Origin: Batkoa obscura
Lineage: Eukaryota
NCBI GenBank assembly: GCA_030770535.1
Contig: JASVEC010000003.1
Coordinates: forward strand, 496,001-560,000
DNA: 64,000 nt
Reading direction: 5' to 3'
Shown: one piece after another, positions 43,001-61,368 of the stretch
Position numbering within the stretch: position 1 is the first letter of the stretch
Layout: each line of letters starts with the position of its first letter
The notes under the pieces: generated by a model
The model's input: only the letters and a program-made list of their open reading frames with translations
Told to the model about the DNA's origin: nothing
The model's database searches: none
Position numbers and translations under genes: made by a program

Positions 43001-46000
43001 ACTGAATTGGGACGTATTGCATCTCATTATTATATCACTCATAAATCTATGGCTACTTATAATCAACATCTTAAACCATATATGAATTATATTGAATTGT
43101 TTAGAGCATTTGCACTTTCAGAAGAATTTAAATTAATTCCAGTACGTGAAGAAGAAAAATTAGAAGTAGCACGACTTTTAGAAAGAGTACCAATTCCAAT
43201 TAAAGAAAATGCTGATGAACCAGCAGCTAAAGTTAGTGTTTTATTACAAGCTTATATTTCTCAATTGAATTTAGAAGGATTTGCTTTAATGTCGGATATG
43301 GTTTATATTACACAATCAGCTAGTCGTATCCTTCGAGCTATATTTGAAATGTGTTTACGCCGAGGATGGGCTCAATTATCTAGATTAGCACTTGATTTAT
43401 GTAAAATTGTTGATCATCGTTGTTGGTTATCTATGAGTCCATTAAGACAATTTTATACATTAACACCAGATTTAATTCGTAAAATTGAAAGAAAAGATTT
43501 CCCATGGGAAAGATATTTTGATTTAGATGCAGCTCAACTTGGACAATTAGTTGGTGTACCAAGAGCTGGTAAATATATTCATAATTATGTACATATGTTT
43601 CCTAAACTTAAATTGGAATGTCATGTTCAACCAATTACTCGTTCCTTATTAATGTTTGATTTAACAATTATACCTGATTTTATTTGGGATAATAATCACC
43701 ATGGTTCAGCTCAACAATTTTGGGTAATTGTTGAAGATTGTGACGGTACAACTATATTATATAATGAAAGTTTTGTATTAAAAGAACAATATTCACAAGA
43801 TCCTCATTATTTATCATTTACTGTACCACTTTATGATCCATTACCACCTAATTATTTTGTATCTGTAATATCTGATAGATGGTTACATTCAGAAGCAAGA
43901 CAAGCTGTTTCTTTTAGACATTTAATATTACCAGATAAATATCCACCACATACTGAATTATATGATTATGAACCACTTCCAGTTGGTAGTCTTAAAGAAT
44001 CTCATCAACATTTATATAATGAGTGGATTAAATATTTTAATCCAATTCAAACTCAAACCAATCATGTTTTGTATACAACAGATGATAATGCATTTGTAGG
44101 AGCACCTTCTGGTAGTGGAAAAACAATTTGTGGTGAATTTGCTATGCTTCGACTTTGGTCAAAAGCTGTTACTAAAGAACAACCTATTAATCGAGTTGTT
44201 TATATTGCTTCAAATCAAGATGTTATTGATGAAAAATATAATTATTGGAAAAATCGATTTAATCATTTAAATAAAACAGTTATTTCATTAACTGGTGAAG
44301 CAAGTGCTGATCTTAAATTAATTGAAGGAGCTGATTTAATATTAGCTACACCAACTCAATGGGATCTTATCTCTCGTCGTTGGAAACAACGTAAAAATGT
44401 ACAAACAATTGGATTATTTTTAATGGATGATCTTCATATGGTTGGTAGTTCTAATGGACCAACTTATGAAGTTATTGTATCTAGAATGAGATATATTGCA
44501 TCACAAACTAAATATAAAACAAGATTTGTTGGATTATCAGCTCCATTAGCTAATGCATTTGATATAGCTGTTTGGATTGGTGCACCTACTAGTGCTGTAT
44601 TTAGTTTCCATCCATCTGATCGACCAGTTCAAATTGATATTCATATACAAAGTTATTCTATTTCTCATTATCCATCTAGAATGTTAGCTATGGCAAGACC
44701 TACTTATTTAGCAGCTAAAAAATATGCAGAAAAAGATACAACTATTGTATTTGTTTCTTCTCGTCGTCAATGTCGACTTACTGCTGGTGAATTAGCTGCA
44801 TTACAAGGAGCATCTGAAGATAATTATGGATTTTTAGGTTGTAGTAAAGAAGAAATTCAATCAGCTATTGAAAAAATTGAAGATCAATCATTGGCTCAAT
44901 TATTAAATTCAGGAATTGGTTATTATCATGAAGCTTTATCTAAAAATGATTTAATTATAGTTAAAAAATTATTTGAAGTTAAAGCAATTCGAGTATTAGT
45001 AGCATCCAAAGATTCTTGTTGGAGTATGGGAAATATGTTAAGTCAATTAGTTGTTATTATGGGAGCTCAATATTATGAAGGTAAAGAACATCGATATATA
45101 GATTATCCATTAACGGATATGTTAAAAATGATTGGTAGAGCAGCAAAACCATTTAGTGGTATATCTGGAAGAGTAGTATTAATGTGTCAACCAAATAAAA
45201 AAGAATATTTTAAAAAATTTATTAATGAAGGATTACCAATTGAATCCCATTTAGATCATATGTTACATGATCATTTTAATTCTGAAATTGTAACTAAATC
45301 TATTGAAAACAAACAAGATGCAGTTGACTTTTTAACTTGGACTTTCTTATATAGAAGGTTAATTAAAAATCCAAATTATTATGGTTTAGAAGGGATCTCT
45401 CAACAACATTTATCTGATCATCTTACGGAACTAGTTGAAAAAACAATGGATGAATTAGCTTTAGCTCAATGTATTACTATAGAAGATGAAGTTATTGTAT
45501 CTCCATTAAATTTAGGTATGATTGCTGGATATTATAATATACGTTATGATACATTAGATCTTATATCAAGATCTTTAACAGCAGATACTAAACTTAAAGG
45601 TTTACTTGAAATTATCTCAGCAGCTAGTGAATTTTCTGATATACCAATGCGTCATCAAGAGAATATTGTATTATCTAAATTATATACTCAATTACCAGTC
45701 AAATTAATTAATCCTGATATGCGTAAAATTAGTACTAAAGTTCATTTATTATTACAAGCTCATTTTTGTCGAACTCAATTACCACCAGATATGAGTAGTG
45801 ATCAAGTTAGTATACTTCGTAAAATTATACCTTTATTACAAGCTACAGTAGATGTCACTTCTTCTTCAGGTTGGTTAAATCCAGCTTTAGCTGCTATGGA
45901 ATTGGCACAAATGTCAGTACAAGCTCAATGGGATAGAGATTCTGCTTTAAAACAAATACCTTATTTTAATAATGAACGTATTGAATTAGCTAAAAAATTA

Positions 46001-46525
46001 CAAGTAGAAACTGTATTTGATTTAATGGAAATGGATAATGAGAGAGAAGAAATATTAAAGGGATTAACAATATCACAAGTTAATAAAGTAGCTTTATTTT
46101 GTAATAAATATCCATCAATTAAAGTAGAATATCAATTCATTACATCACCCAATGAAATGATCAGTAATGAATATAGTAAACTACAAGTATTATTAGAAAG
46201 AGAAGAAGAAGTGAATGATACTTTAGTTATGGCGAACTATTTTCCAATGAAAAAAGATGAAGCTTATTGGCTTGTTTTAGGAGATCCTAAATATAAACAA
46301 TTATTAGGGATTAAAAGATTTACTATGGGAAATCAATTAAAACTTATTCTTAATGTACTTATTCCTCCTCCTATTGGTAAACGTGAGTTAGAATTATATC
46401 TTATTCCAGATTGTTACATTGGTTCTGATCAATTCTTTGAGTTAAAAGTCAATTTGTTACAAGGTAATGATGATGAGGAAGAGGAGGAAGAGGAAAATGA
46501 GGAAGAAGATAGTGATATGGAATAA
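40046..46525 (+). CDS. BRR2: U5 snRNP 200-kDa Ski2-like helicase Brr2, intronless
   Basis: 2159 aa with two helicase cassettes ('APTGAGKT', 'DEIH', 'QMLGRAGRPQYD'; second 'APSGSGKT') and Sec63 domains. Confidence 0.97.
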   Translation: MAEEIAKNSQYQYTGNSNLVIENRRRGGKDEPSGDPETLYGKIDPKEFGSKALREKVNAQEKERHRSSDAVQEKKKRRREEAALKKAYGYNSVLAATDDLEDIIYRPKTKETQSIYEMMLSLVQRQLGDLSPEELRSATDFVLETLKNDNLKDNDKQTQIKGLIPNTNDEVFTQLLSLSKKLNDYKAEGGEEEKDDNIDGEIGVAVVFNEDEEDDMDIDEEEDEEEGEYDVPMDIKLANDIAQEAIESVEVEEKIESKKSKKEHEFESIQPYDIDRHWVLRLVKKYYSDEYVASQKTEEMMEILNKEASHREYENDLMAVTEFDHYNLINMLVKNRDVIVWTLRLKEAGEDTQERKELEAEMIEKGLGHILKSLESDRSNKKGLGDLENRGADGNANRENVESQNDNLAPKQKIDLDMLAFNQGGHLMSNKKCLLPAGSTKTTHKGYEEYSVPAPESRPLGSNERLVPISDLPKWSQTSFGTTNSLNRVQSRVFPCAFEKLENMLLCAPTGAGKTNCAMLTILREIQENYNFETNSVNLDNFKIVYIAPMKALVQEMVTGFSKRLEYLNIKVAELTGDTQLTKTQIAETQIIVTTPEKWDVITRKATDRSYTNLVRLIIIDEIHLLHDDRGPVLESLVARTLRYSEENQERVRLVGLSATLPNYEDVATFLRVKKENLFFFDSSYRPCPLKQQFIGITEKKAIKRFQTMNEVAYKKILEQAGQNQSLIFVHSRKETARTAQSLRDMALDAGTLAEFIPNESSKEILNRKAEEINDPMLKDLLPCGFAIHHAGMTKADRTLVEDLFRDGHIQVLCSTATLAWGVNLPAHTVIIKGTQIYNPEKGRWAELSPQDVLQMLGRAGRPQYDTFGEGIIITTHNEIQYYLSLLNAQLPIESQFISKLADNLNAEIVLGTVRTREEAVHWLGYTYLYVRMLRNGPLYGIANHEQEEDPYLRQKRVDLIHSAANILDSCQLIKYDRRSGKLQGTELGRIASHYYITHKSMATYNQHLKPYMNYIELFRAFALSEEFKLIPVREEEKLEVARLLERVPIPIKENADEPAAKVSVLLQAYISQLNLEGFALMSDMVYITQSASRILRAIFEMCLRRGWAQLSRLALDLCKIVDHRCWLSMSPLRQFYTLTPDLIRKIERKDFPWERYFDLDAAQLGQLVGVPRAGKYIHNYVHMFPKLKLECHVQPITRSLLMFDLTIIPDFIWDNNHHGSAQQFWVIVEDCDGTTILYNESFVLKEQYSQDPHYLSFTVPLYDPLPPNYFVSVISDRWLHSEARQAVSFRHLILPDKYPPHTELYDYEPLPVGSLKESHQHLYNEWIKYFNPIQTQTNHVLYTTDDNAFVGAPSGSGKTICGEFAMLRLWSKAVTKEQPINRVVYIASNQDVIDEKYNYWKNRFNHLNKTVISLTGEASADLKLIEGADLILATPTQWDLISRRWKQRKNVQTIGLFLMDDLHMVGSSNGPTYEVIVSRMRYIASQTKYKTRFVGLSAPLANAFDIAVWIGAPTSAVFSFHPSDRPVQIDIHIQSYSISHYPSRMLAMARPTYLAAKKYAEKDTTIVFVSSRRQCRLTAGELAALQGASEDNYGFLGCSKEEIQSAIEKIEDQSLAQLLNSGIGYYHEALSKNDLIIVKKLFEVKAIRVLVASKDSCWSMGNMLSQLVVIMGAQYYEGKEHRYIDYPLTDMLKMIGRAAKPFSGISGRVVLMCQPNKKEYFKKFINEGLPIESHLDHMLHDHFNSEIVTKSIENKQDAVDFLTWTFLYRRLIKNPNYYGLEGISQQHLSDHLTELVEKTMDELALAQCITIEDEVIVSPLNLGMIAGYYNIRYDTLDLISRSLTADTKLKGLLEIISAASEFSDIPMRHQENIVLSKLYTQLPVKLINPDMRKISTKVHLLLQAHFCRTQLPPDMSSDQVSILRKIIPLLQATVDVTSSSGWLNPALAAMELAQMSVQAQWDRDSALKQIPYFNNERIELAKKLQVETVFDLMEMDNEREEILKGLTISQVNKVALFCNKYPSIKVEYQFITSPNEMISNEYSKLQVLLEREEEVNDTLVMANYFPMKKDEAYWLVLGDPKYKQLLGIKRFTMGNQLKLILNVLIPPPIGKRELELYLIPDCYIGSDQFFELKVNLLQGNDDEEEEEEENEEEDSDME

Positions 46526-46642
46526 ATTTTTTTAATAAAATAAAAGCAGAAATTAAATAAATAAATAAATAAATAATATAAATATAAACAAAAATAATAA
46601 TATAACGTAAATAAATAATAAATAAATAATAACAATATAATT

Positions 46643-48795
46643 TTATTCACAATTATTAGCTAAAAATACTAAATTTTCTTGATTTAAAGTAGGTAGATTT
46701 AAACATAGTGGAAATAAAGTAGGATGAGGTTGAAATAAATAAGAATTTAAATTTAAATTAATAATTTGATCCAGTTGATTAATTATATTAATTAAAGTAT
46801 GGTATCTTTTAAAATTAATTAAATTAAATGATTTATTATTGGCATCAATATAATGAGAATGTTCCATATTTTCTAAAGATAATATTAAATCTGATAAATA
46901 TAAACCTATAAATGGTATTATTCCATTTGTTTGTTGTATTAAAGATGTATTATTATTATTATTATTATAGTTATTATTATTATAATTACTATTATAATTA
47001 CTATTATAATTATTATAATTATTATTATTATTATTTGATGATGATGATAATGTTGTTGTTGTCGTTGTTATTGTTTGTGGTATAACTTTATTGGCATTTA
47101 ATAAACATAAATGAATCTTTTCTCTTAAAAATTTCCAATTTTTACTAGGATCTGAATACTTTTTAAGTTCATTAAATTTTTGTACTATTTTTTTTGACAT
47201 TTTTTTTAAATCTTTCTTTGAAATAACATTTGATTGTAATGCTAATATAACAGCTAGAAATAAATTAAATTGATTCTTATTAAAAGCTAATTCTGATAAT
47301 AATATACATTTTTCAATAATTTTGATTCTTTTTTCCATTTCTTTTTGACATACTATTATAGTTTGAACCCATTCATTAATTTTGTTAAATCTTTTAATTA
47401 TATTATTTAATAATTTACTTTCATCTTCATTCTTACTAGAATTCCCATTATTATTATAACAAATTAACTCATTTGGGTCCATTAAATTTAATTCTCTTTT
47501 GTCCATTAATGTAAATTGTTGAATGATTTCTTCAATTGTATAATGTAAAAGAAAAGGATTAATATAATTTTGACTTAATTGATGATGATTTAATATTTTA
47601 TTTTTAATATTTAAATTAGGTAATGATAAATTATATTGTAAACTTAATACATGTTTTTGATTATTAGTTTTAAATGACATGGGTTTGTTTTTTAATGTTA
47701 AAAATTTAGCTGGTATTAAACTAGTTGGTATTAATTTATTTCTTATTTTATTAAAATTCATTCCATTATTATTTATTATTAAATTATTATATTGATTTAT
47801 TGTTAAATTATTATATAAATTATATTTACTATGATCAATTGTATGTTTACTATCTCGTATACTATTACTTCGTAAATTCATATGAGAATTATTGTAATTA
47901 TAATTATTACTGTTATTGATTTTATTGATTTTATTATTATTTAATATACCACTATTATTATTATTATTATTATTGTTATTATTTATTTTATTGTTATTAT
48001 TATTATTATTTATTATATTATTATTATTATTATTATTATTATGAATAATATTGCTATTAAAATATTTAACAAATTGATGATTTAATAAATCCATTAAATG
48101 ATTTAATATTAAATTATTAAGAAATTCCAAACAGGAATATTTTAATAATGAATAAAATTGAAATAAAAATGGTAAATCTAATAAAAAATCCCTTTTGAAA
48201 TTAGTCTTAATCCAATATTTTAAAATAACGTATATCCTTATCTTTATGACCTTCTCTAAAGGTATTTTATTTTCACCTTTTAAACTTAAATATAATTTAT
48301 TTAATAAAATTAATAATAATTGTTGTTTAGTTATAAAATTATTATAAATTAAAAAAAAATTCCTTAATAATTTGTTTTGAAATTGAGTACATAATAATTG
48401 TATTAAATTCCATTGACTTATATAATAGATTTTACTATTATCTTTGGGATCATAAATTATTGGACTATCATCCATACCTTCAATTAATGGTATACTATTA
48501 ATATATTTAATATCTTTTTCTAAATTTAAATCCATATTGTCTAACTTATAACTAAACAATTTAAATATTATATTAGTATACTAGTATAATAAATAATAAA
48601 TAATATTTATTATTATTATTATTTAATATTAATTTACCTTTTAAAAAAACTTTCTAAGGGTAAAGAATTAAATTGAATACCACCTACTTGTAAATTTGAT
48701 GTTAAATTATCTAAAGATTGAACTTTACGTAATTTATTTTGATTTTGTTGTTTTAAGTCAAATTGACTTTCACTTCTACTTATTGTATCCTTCAT
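46643..48795 (-). CDS. RasGEF (CDC25-type) domain protein with Asn-rich inserts
   Basis: REM-like 'IRIYVILKYWIKTNF..DF' and catalytic 'IKRFNKINEWV..NQFNLFLAVILAL..IPFIGLYLSDL..LINFKR'. 5' exon from ATG 48795. Confidence 0.82.
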
Positions 48796-50589
48796 TATTA
48801 TTATTATTCTATCTTTTATTTTTATTTTTAAAAAATTGTTTTTTGATTTGAATATTCAACGTTTATATATTCTTTTTCTTTTCTCTCTATTTAATTTCTC
48901 TTTTTTTTTACCCCTGAATTATTTAATTGAATTGTTTGACTTGCCTTTTTTTATTACCCATCCCTTAATTTAGTTGAATAATTTAGTGTCATTGAAATAA
49001 ACAAAGTGGCATTCTACTTTTTAATTTGTCACTATATTTATTTAAAAATTCAATAATAAACAATATTATTATTATGACAAATATCTTTAAAAAACAACCA
49101 ATTAAAACTATTTTAACTGTGTTTAAATTCTTATCATTCTAAAAGTTGTTAAATTTCAAATATTAAGCATAATAAAGGGCAATCTAAAAAAAAGTAGAAT
49201 TTTTGAAAACTTATGCCAATTACCTTATTTCTTAAAGATTAGCTTAGTTTTAGTTTGTGATTGAATTTAAAAATATTAATATTTTATTAGTATCAAATAA
49301 TAAATACACAAAATTTTAAACATGTTATCTACATTTTAACGTTTAATTTTTTTATAAATAAACTTTTAAAAAAGCATTAAGCTTTCACATAATTTGTCTA
49401 CAACTTAGCATCTAAAATTCAAGTAAATAATCCACGAAATGTAAAATCTAGAGTTTGTATTCCAATGATTCAATAGGGGTCTTGTTTTTATTTAGAAATA
49501 TTATCAAGCTATTCAATTTCTTAAATAAATAAAAATAAGTATTAGAGTTCAATACTAGTTATAACATTATAGCAATCATTAAAAATATTCTAAATACTAG
49601 AATTAAACGCTTGCACCAAAAGTTGAATTTAAAGGAGATATGCTTTGAAAATGTTATAATGCTTTAAAATACTAATCGTTTTACTTACAATAAGCTTTCT
49701 TTTAGTAATTGTCTAAGATTTCAAAAATCCATGATGATAGAAAATAAAAGAATAGAAAATGAAAAAATAAAAAAATAAAAAAATTTATTTAGTAAAGAAT
49801 AGAAGTAATAGTATACTATTTTTATGTATAATAATTTAAAATAAAAAATAATCGATATTTATATTAATCCATAAACTAAAAAAATATAGTATTAGTAGAA
49901 TTACATAACGTAGTATCGTAATATTTTCATGTTTATCTTTTTGTTAATTATCATTAATAATTATCAATAGATAATATTGCTCATTTACAATAATAGATCA
50001 CTATAAATAAGAATGTGCTTTATCTAAATTTTTATGCTACCTATTTTATTAAATTTAATGAATAGATTACTACTGCATATATATTTAATTTCAAGTGGAA
50101 TTTAATAAATACAAATATAAGAACACACCCTCTCCTTTTTGCCATGAGTTTTAACCTTAGGTTAAAAATTATTTTTCAATACTCAGTCTATCTAGAAGAG
50201 TTCATTGCTCATTTACAAATTACTTTCTTCTCTCATTGTATCTCTTTATTTTCATTCTAGACTCTATTATTGGTACTTGATGATCTATATTTTTTAATCT
50301 TGAATAAAACGTTGTTTTAATATACAAGCATAAAACAAAAGAACAAAAATACCGTTAATCTATTCAAATTGATACAATGTATTCTTGGATTCTATTTACC
50401 TATCCGTTTATTCCACACTAAATACTTTTAGATTCTATTTGTTCATTTATTCTACAATAAAAGTTAAATACTATTACAAACCAAATATCGATAGATACAT
50501 ACATTGATGTTTTCATACAATTCTTAAATTTAATTTACAGTAAAAGTAGCTATACAAAACGTAAAAGGTACTTATCTAGAATAATATAT

Positions 50590-50688
50590 GGAGATGTATT
50601 TTTATGTTTAAGAATTTTACTAACAATCTTTCTGCTGAAACAGCGCTTAAAAAATGGAAAAAGTAATGAAGCCAAAAAAAACACCCCC
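50590..50688 (-). mobile_element. ~98-bp MITE, copy 5 (has a paralogous empty site)
   Basis: ATAT at 50586-50589 and 50689-50692; the flanks match 51366-51501, which lacks the element. Confidence 0.88.
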
Positions 50689-50896
50689 ATATAGGCTATT
50701 AAAACATAGTATTATTATATCTTTATAGCATGGTATTTAGTATTTTAATTACTATTTTTTTAGATCTATCTTAGAACTCATTTATAAGCAAATATCGAGA
50801 TTGAACTTTTTTCTTTTAATTAACTGATATTACTAATTTTTAACAATTACTATTAAGAATTCTAAATTAATAGTACATTTTTTATAATAATCATAT

Positions 50897-50990
50897 GAGG
50901 GTATTTTTTTTTATTTCATTTTTTTCATCTTTTAAGCGCTATTTGAGTAGAAAAACTGTTAGTAAAATTCTCACACAAAAAAACATCTCC
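50897..50990 (+). mobile_element. ~98-bp MITE, copy 6
   Basis: ATAT flanks; matches the consensus. Confidence 0.82.
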
Positions 50991-51737
50991 ATATATTAAA
51001 ATATGATGAATTTATTGGTTATTTTATGCCATCTATTCTATTGAATTTGAAGAATATAGTACTAACGGGCACTCAGTTAATTTAAGTTTAATTTAATTAA
51101 TAAACATAAGAATAAAAATACCATTATCCCCTTTTAGTATATTAAGTTGTTCTCTATATTTCAGACATCTTCATTTAAATTTGTTACTAATTTATTTTAC
51201 TTGAATTTAAGGATTGTGTGTAATTTTTTATTATTAAATTCAGGTAAAAAAGATTACCAACAAGTTTAAATGAAGGTGTTTGAAACATAGAAAACAACTT
51301 GATATACAGTGTATTTATTTATTTATTTATTTATTTATCATACACTAAAAACTTAAAGAAATTGTCAACCAAATATTGAAATAAAATGTTCCCATCCAAT
51401 TCTTGAATTTTAATAGTTAAACCCAAATATACAAAATGTAGAATAATATCTATTCATATTAATATATAGGCTATTAAAATATAGTATTATTGTGGCTTTA
51501 TTTCATAAAGATATAATTATTAATCACTATCTTTTTGGTATATCCGATAAGTCATTTATAATTAAATATAAAGATAGAAATTTATGCTATATATTAATTA
51601 AATTCATTAAAGAACATTCTTGAAATAAATTAATTTAACATGGGACGTATATTATATAACAAAAAAAGTATAAATACTAAGGAAATAATAATCTAATATT
51701 TACTATACTAAAAGTAATTTAATAATATTTAAAAAAA

Positions 51738-52687
51738 ATGCAATATTTCGCCCTTTTAAGTGTTTTAATAGCTAGTGGATTATCCATAAAAGTTCCAGTT
51801 AAATATGATCAACTATATATCTTTGGTGATAGTTTAAGTGATTATGATAATACTTATACTTTAAGTAATCATAATTCTCCTAGCGATAAATACTATTACA
51901 ATGGAAGATATAGCAATGGACCAACTTGGATAGAAAGATTAAGCAAAAAGCTATCTATTCCAAATGTTAAATCTTTTGCTTATGCTGCAGCTACTTCCGA
52001 TAATATTGAATTTCCAGCTACTTTAGTACCTGGAGGAGTACCTGGAGCTATTCAACAAGTCAATGAATTTGTAAAGTATTATAATGGGCATAAAAAGAAT
52101 GGAAAGTTGCCAAAATCTCCATTAGTATCGTTTGCCTTTGGTGGTAATGATTTCCCATCCCCTGGTTCCAGTCCACAAAAAATGGTCAATAATTTGGAAA
52201 AAAGTATCATTAAAATTATCAATGAAAAAGGTTTAAATAACTTTTTAATCATGACTACTACTCCATTAGATATAACTCCACAAGTTAAATCCCTTCCTAA
52301 TGAACATCAAGTTCAATTTGAATCAATTACTAAACAAATTGGGATGCTTTGGTTAGAAGCTATCAATAGATTAAGAAAAAATTATCCAAAGATTCATATT
52401 TATACTTTTGATTCAAGAGGTAATTAAATAACAAAGTTCAAAGTAATATATTAATAAAGTTTTTAGATATTTTATTAAAATTAGTGAAGCAAAAGACAAC
52501 TGAGGGGGTGAATGTTAATGAAGTAAATGGCTCATGTTTAACCAAACAAGAAACGGGTGAAAATAGTTTAGCTACTTATAATGTATGTAGCAATCCAGAT
52601 AAATATATATTTTATGATTCTATTCATCCAACTTCTAATACTCACCAATATTTTGCGGATGAAATTTACAATATTATGAAAAAATAA
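51738..52687 (+). CDS. Secreted GDSL/SGNH lipase-esterase (CE16-like)
   Basis: Signal-peptide-like N-terminus, 'FGDSLSD', 'GRYSNG', 'GGND', 'YDSIHP'. One intron, 52420-52466. Confidence 0.9.
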
Positions 52688-53543
52688 TTGATTTTGTTGT
52701 ATGAATAAACGGTTTTTTTATTAACTTTATTATGTATATTATTATCAATGATATAGTTTTAATGAATAGTTTTTTTTTGGATACTAAATTTTATACCAAA
52801 TTTGAGTCAATGTTGATTTAAAAGAAATAAGTAATAGTTTTGGTCTATGTAGTTCTTTAAAACGTTAGTATTGAATAGATAATTTTTCTATTTCTTATCT
52901 TTAAAAAAGGTAGTTAAGCAAAATCCACTTATTTTTTACTAGGATGGGAAACGTAAGAGAAGTCGTTAAGATTGAAGGATAAGGTGCAGATAAATTTGAT
53001 TTAAGATATAAAATATAAAATATAAAGTTTAATAAAAAGTTTACTAAAACCTACTTTAAAAATGACATTTTTTAATTCAAAGTTGTGAAAAATTTTAATT
53101 TTGAGGTTTTTAAAAAAAAAAGTCTAGTTAAAGTTTTTATTAAAATTTATTGTTTCAATATTATAGTTTCATTCTTTTACACTATTTTTAATATCAAGGA
53201 ATATATAAGCGTTTCACTATTAAAGACATTTTATTTATAGCATTTTATTTATTTTTGAGTATTTTTCTTTTTCTTTTAAATTACAATTTTAAAACTGCCC
53301 TAATGTCTGAAAACAACCTGTAATTTGAAACTTATTTCCGTTCATTTTAGAAATTTATAAATAAAAGATCTTCAAGTATATACTTAATTCCGCCTAGCAT
53401 TGTATTTAAAATACAGTTGTAGCTTCTTTTTTTATCACAATACTATAAACATTAGAAATTTCTACAATTTATATCAAATTGGAAATGAAAAACACATGCA
53501 ACAAGCATAGATAACAAAACGCTTTTATTAAAACATAATACCA

Positions 53544-57057
<3,514 letters not shown>

Positions 57058-57162
57058 TATTTGAATTTTTAAAAAATAAGATTACCCTTCTATTGAGCTT
57101 CAAATTTAATTTTAAGCAAAGTTCAGAATTTTAAATTACCAACTTTTGTTAATAAATTAAAA

Positions 57163-58037
57163 ATGGGATTCAAAAGAGAAATGAAAAATGAAAAGGAAGA
57201 AGCGAAATATAAGCTAAAAGTAAAAAGGGAAGAAGTGAAAGAGGAAAGAGAATCTAGTGAAGAAGAAAGGGAAATAGAAGAATCCTCAGAAGAAGAACTT
57301 AATGAGGCCTCGGATGAACACGAGTCAGGTGAGTCAGAGATTGATGATGAACCAGAGTTAGATTTAGAAAACAATGAGCCAAACAAAAGTAAATTTAATT
57401 TATTAGGATTTTTAAGAAATATAAATGACAAATGACTATAGAAAAAAAGAAAGCGTTCCATGACAATACTGACTTTACTAATATCATGGGTCAAATTTTA
57501 AACCAAACTTTAACTACTGAAAAGGAAAATGTAATTAATTTATTTAAAATTAATAAGTTTACACGTTAAGTTTTGAATTTTGTAGAATGCCATCTTATCC
57601 AAGTCCAAAGGGTTAACTAAAAAAATTGAAGAAGAAAAGCTAGAATATAGAGCACGTAAGGCATTGATTAAAGAGAAAAAAGCCTTGAAAGAAAAGGACC
57701 ATGTATTACCAGATATTCGTACGATGGACTATGAAAGGAAATTGAAAAAAGTAGCTACTAGCGGTGGTAAACTAATTTTTAGCTCTTGTTTTCGTTTTAT
57801 CTAATATTATTTTTCATCAACTTATTTAGTGGTTCGTCTATTCAATGCCATTCGAGTACAACAAAAACAAGACAATTTAGATCACTTAGACTTGAAAAAT
57901 GAAGAAAAAGTAGAAGGTAAACCTAATTTAATATAATGATTTTCTAAAACTTATTAAACCCTTATATTTTAGTTGCTAAAATGTCCAAAGCTTCGTTCCT
58001 GGATATGCTTAAAGCTGGTAGTAATAACACTGCTTAA
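57163..58037 (+). CDS. RRP15: Ribosome biogenesis protein Rrp15
   Basis: Acidic N-terminus followed by 'ERKLKKVATSGVVRLFNAIRVQQK' and 'MSKASFLDMLKAG'. Confidence 0.85.
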
Positions 58038-58167
58038 ACGATACACCCTTTACTAGATAATTAAATATAGACCATTATTTATCTTCATTTACCTATTTTA
58101 CACATCGATTTATTTAGTATATTATGATATATATATATCTACTTTTTTGACAAAACCTATGTATAAT

Positions 58168-58257
58168 GGGGATTTCTTTTTCGTTTAGTGCTTTGGCCAT
58201 TTTTAGGCAGCTTAAAATTTAAAATATTCTTTTTAAATTCTTAGACAAAACATCCCC
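58168..58257 (+). mobile_element. Diverged MITE relative
   Basis: GGGGATTT...AAATTCTTAGACAAAACATCCCC, flanked by TAAT/AAAT; internal similarity is partial. Confidence 0.55.
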
Positions 58258-58502
58258 AAATAAAAAATAGTCTTTATGGCTTTAAATAATAATTTACTAT
58301 GAATAAGTGGATTATTTTTTGTAGAATCAATTTTTTTTATTAAGTAGGTGAGATTATAAGGTAACAAAATTAAAGATTATATATGGAAGGTGAGGTGAGA
58401 GCGGGGGTAAAAATTAGTTAGCTAAATAAGGGATACAATTTTATGAATTTAAACAAAAAAGCAAGGAGAGCTTAATATAATGATAAGAGAAAATGTTACA
58501 TA

Positions 58503-61368
<2,866 letters not shown>

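Noticed and set aside
49976..50218. 15-bp direct repeat ATTGCTCATTTACAA
   Set aside because: An isolated match with no element structure between the copies.
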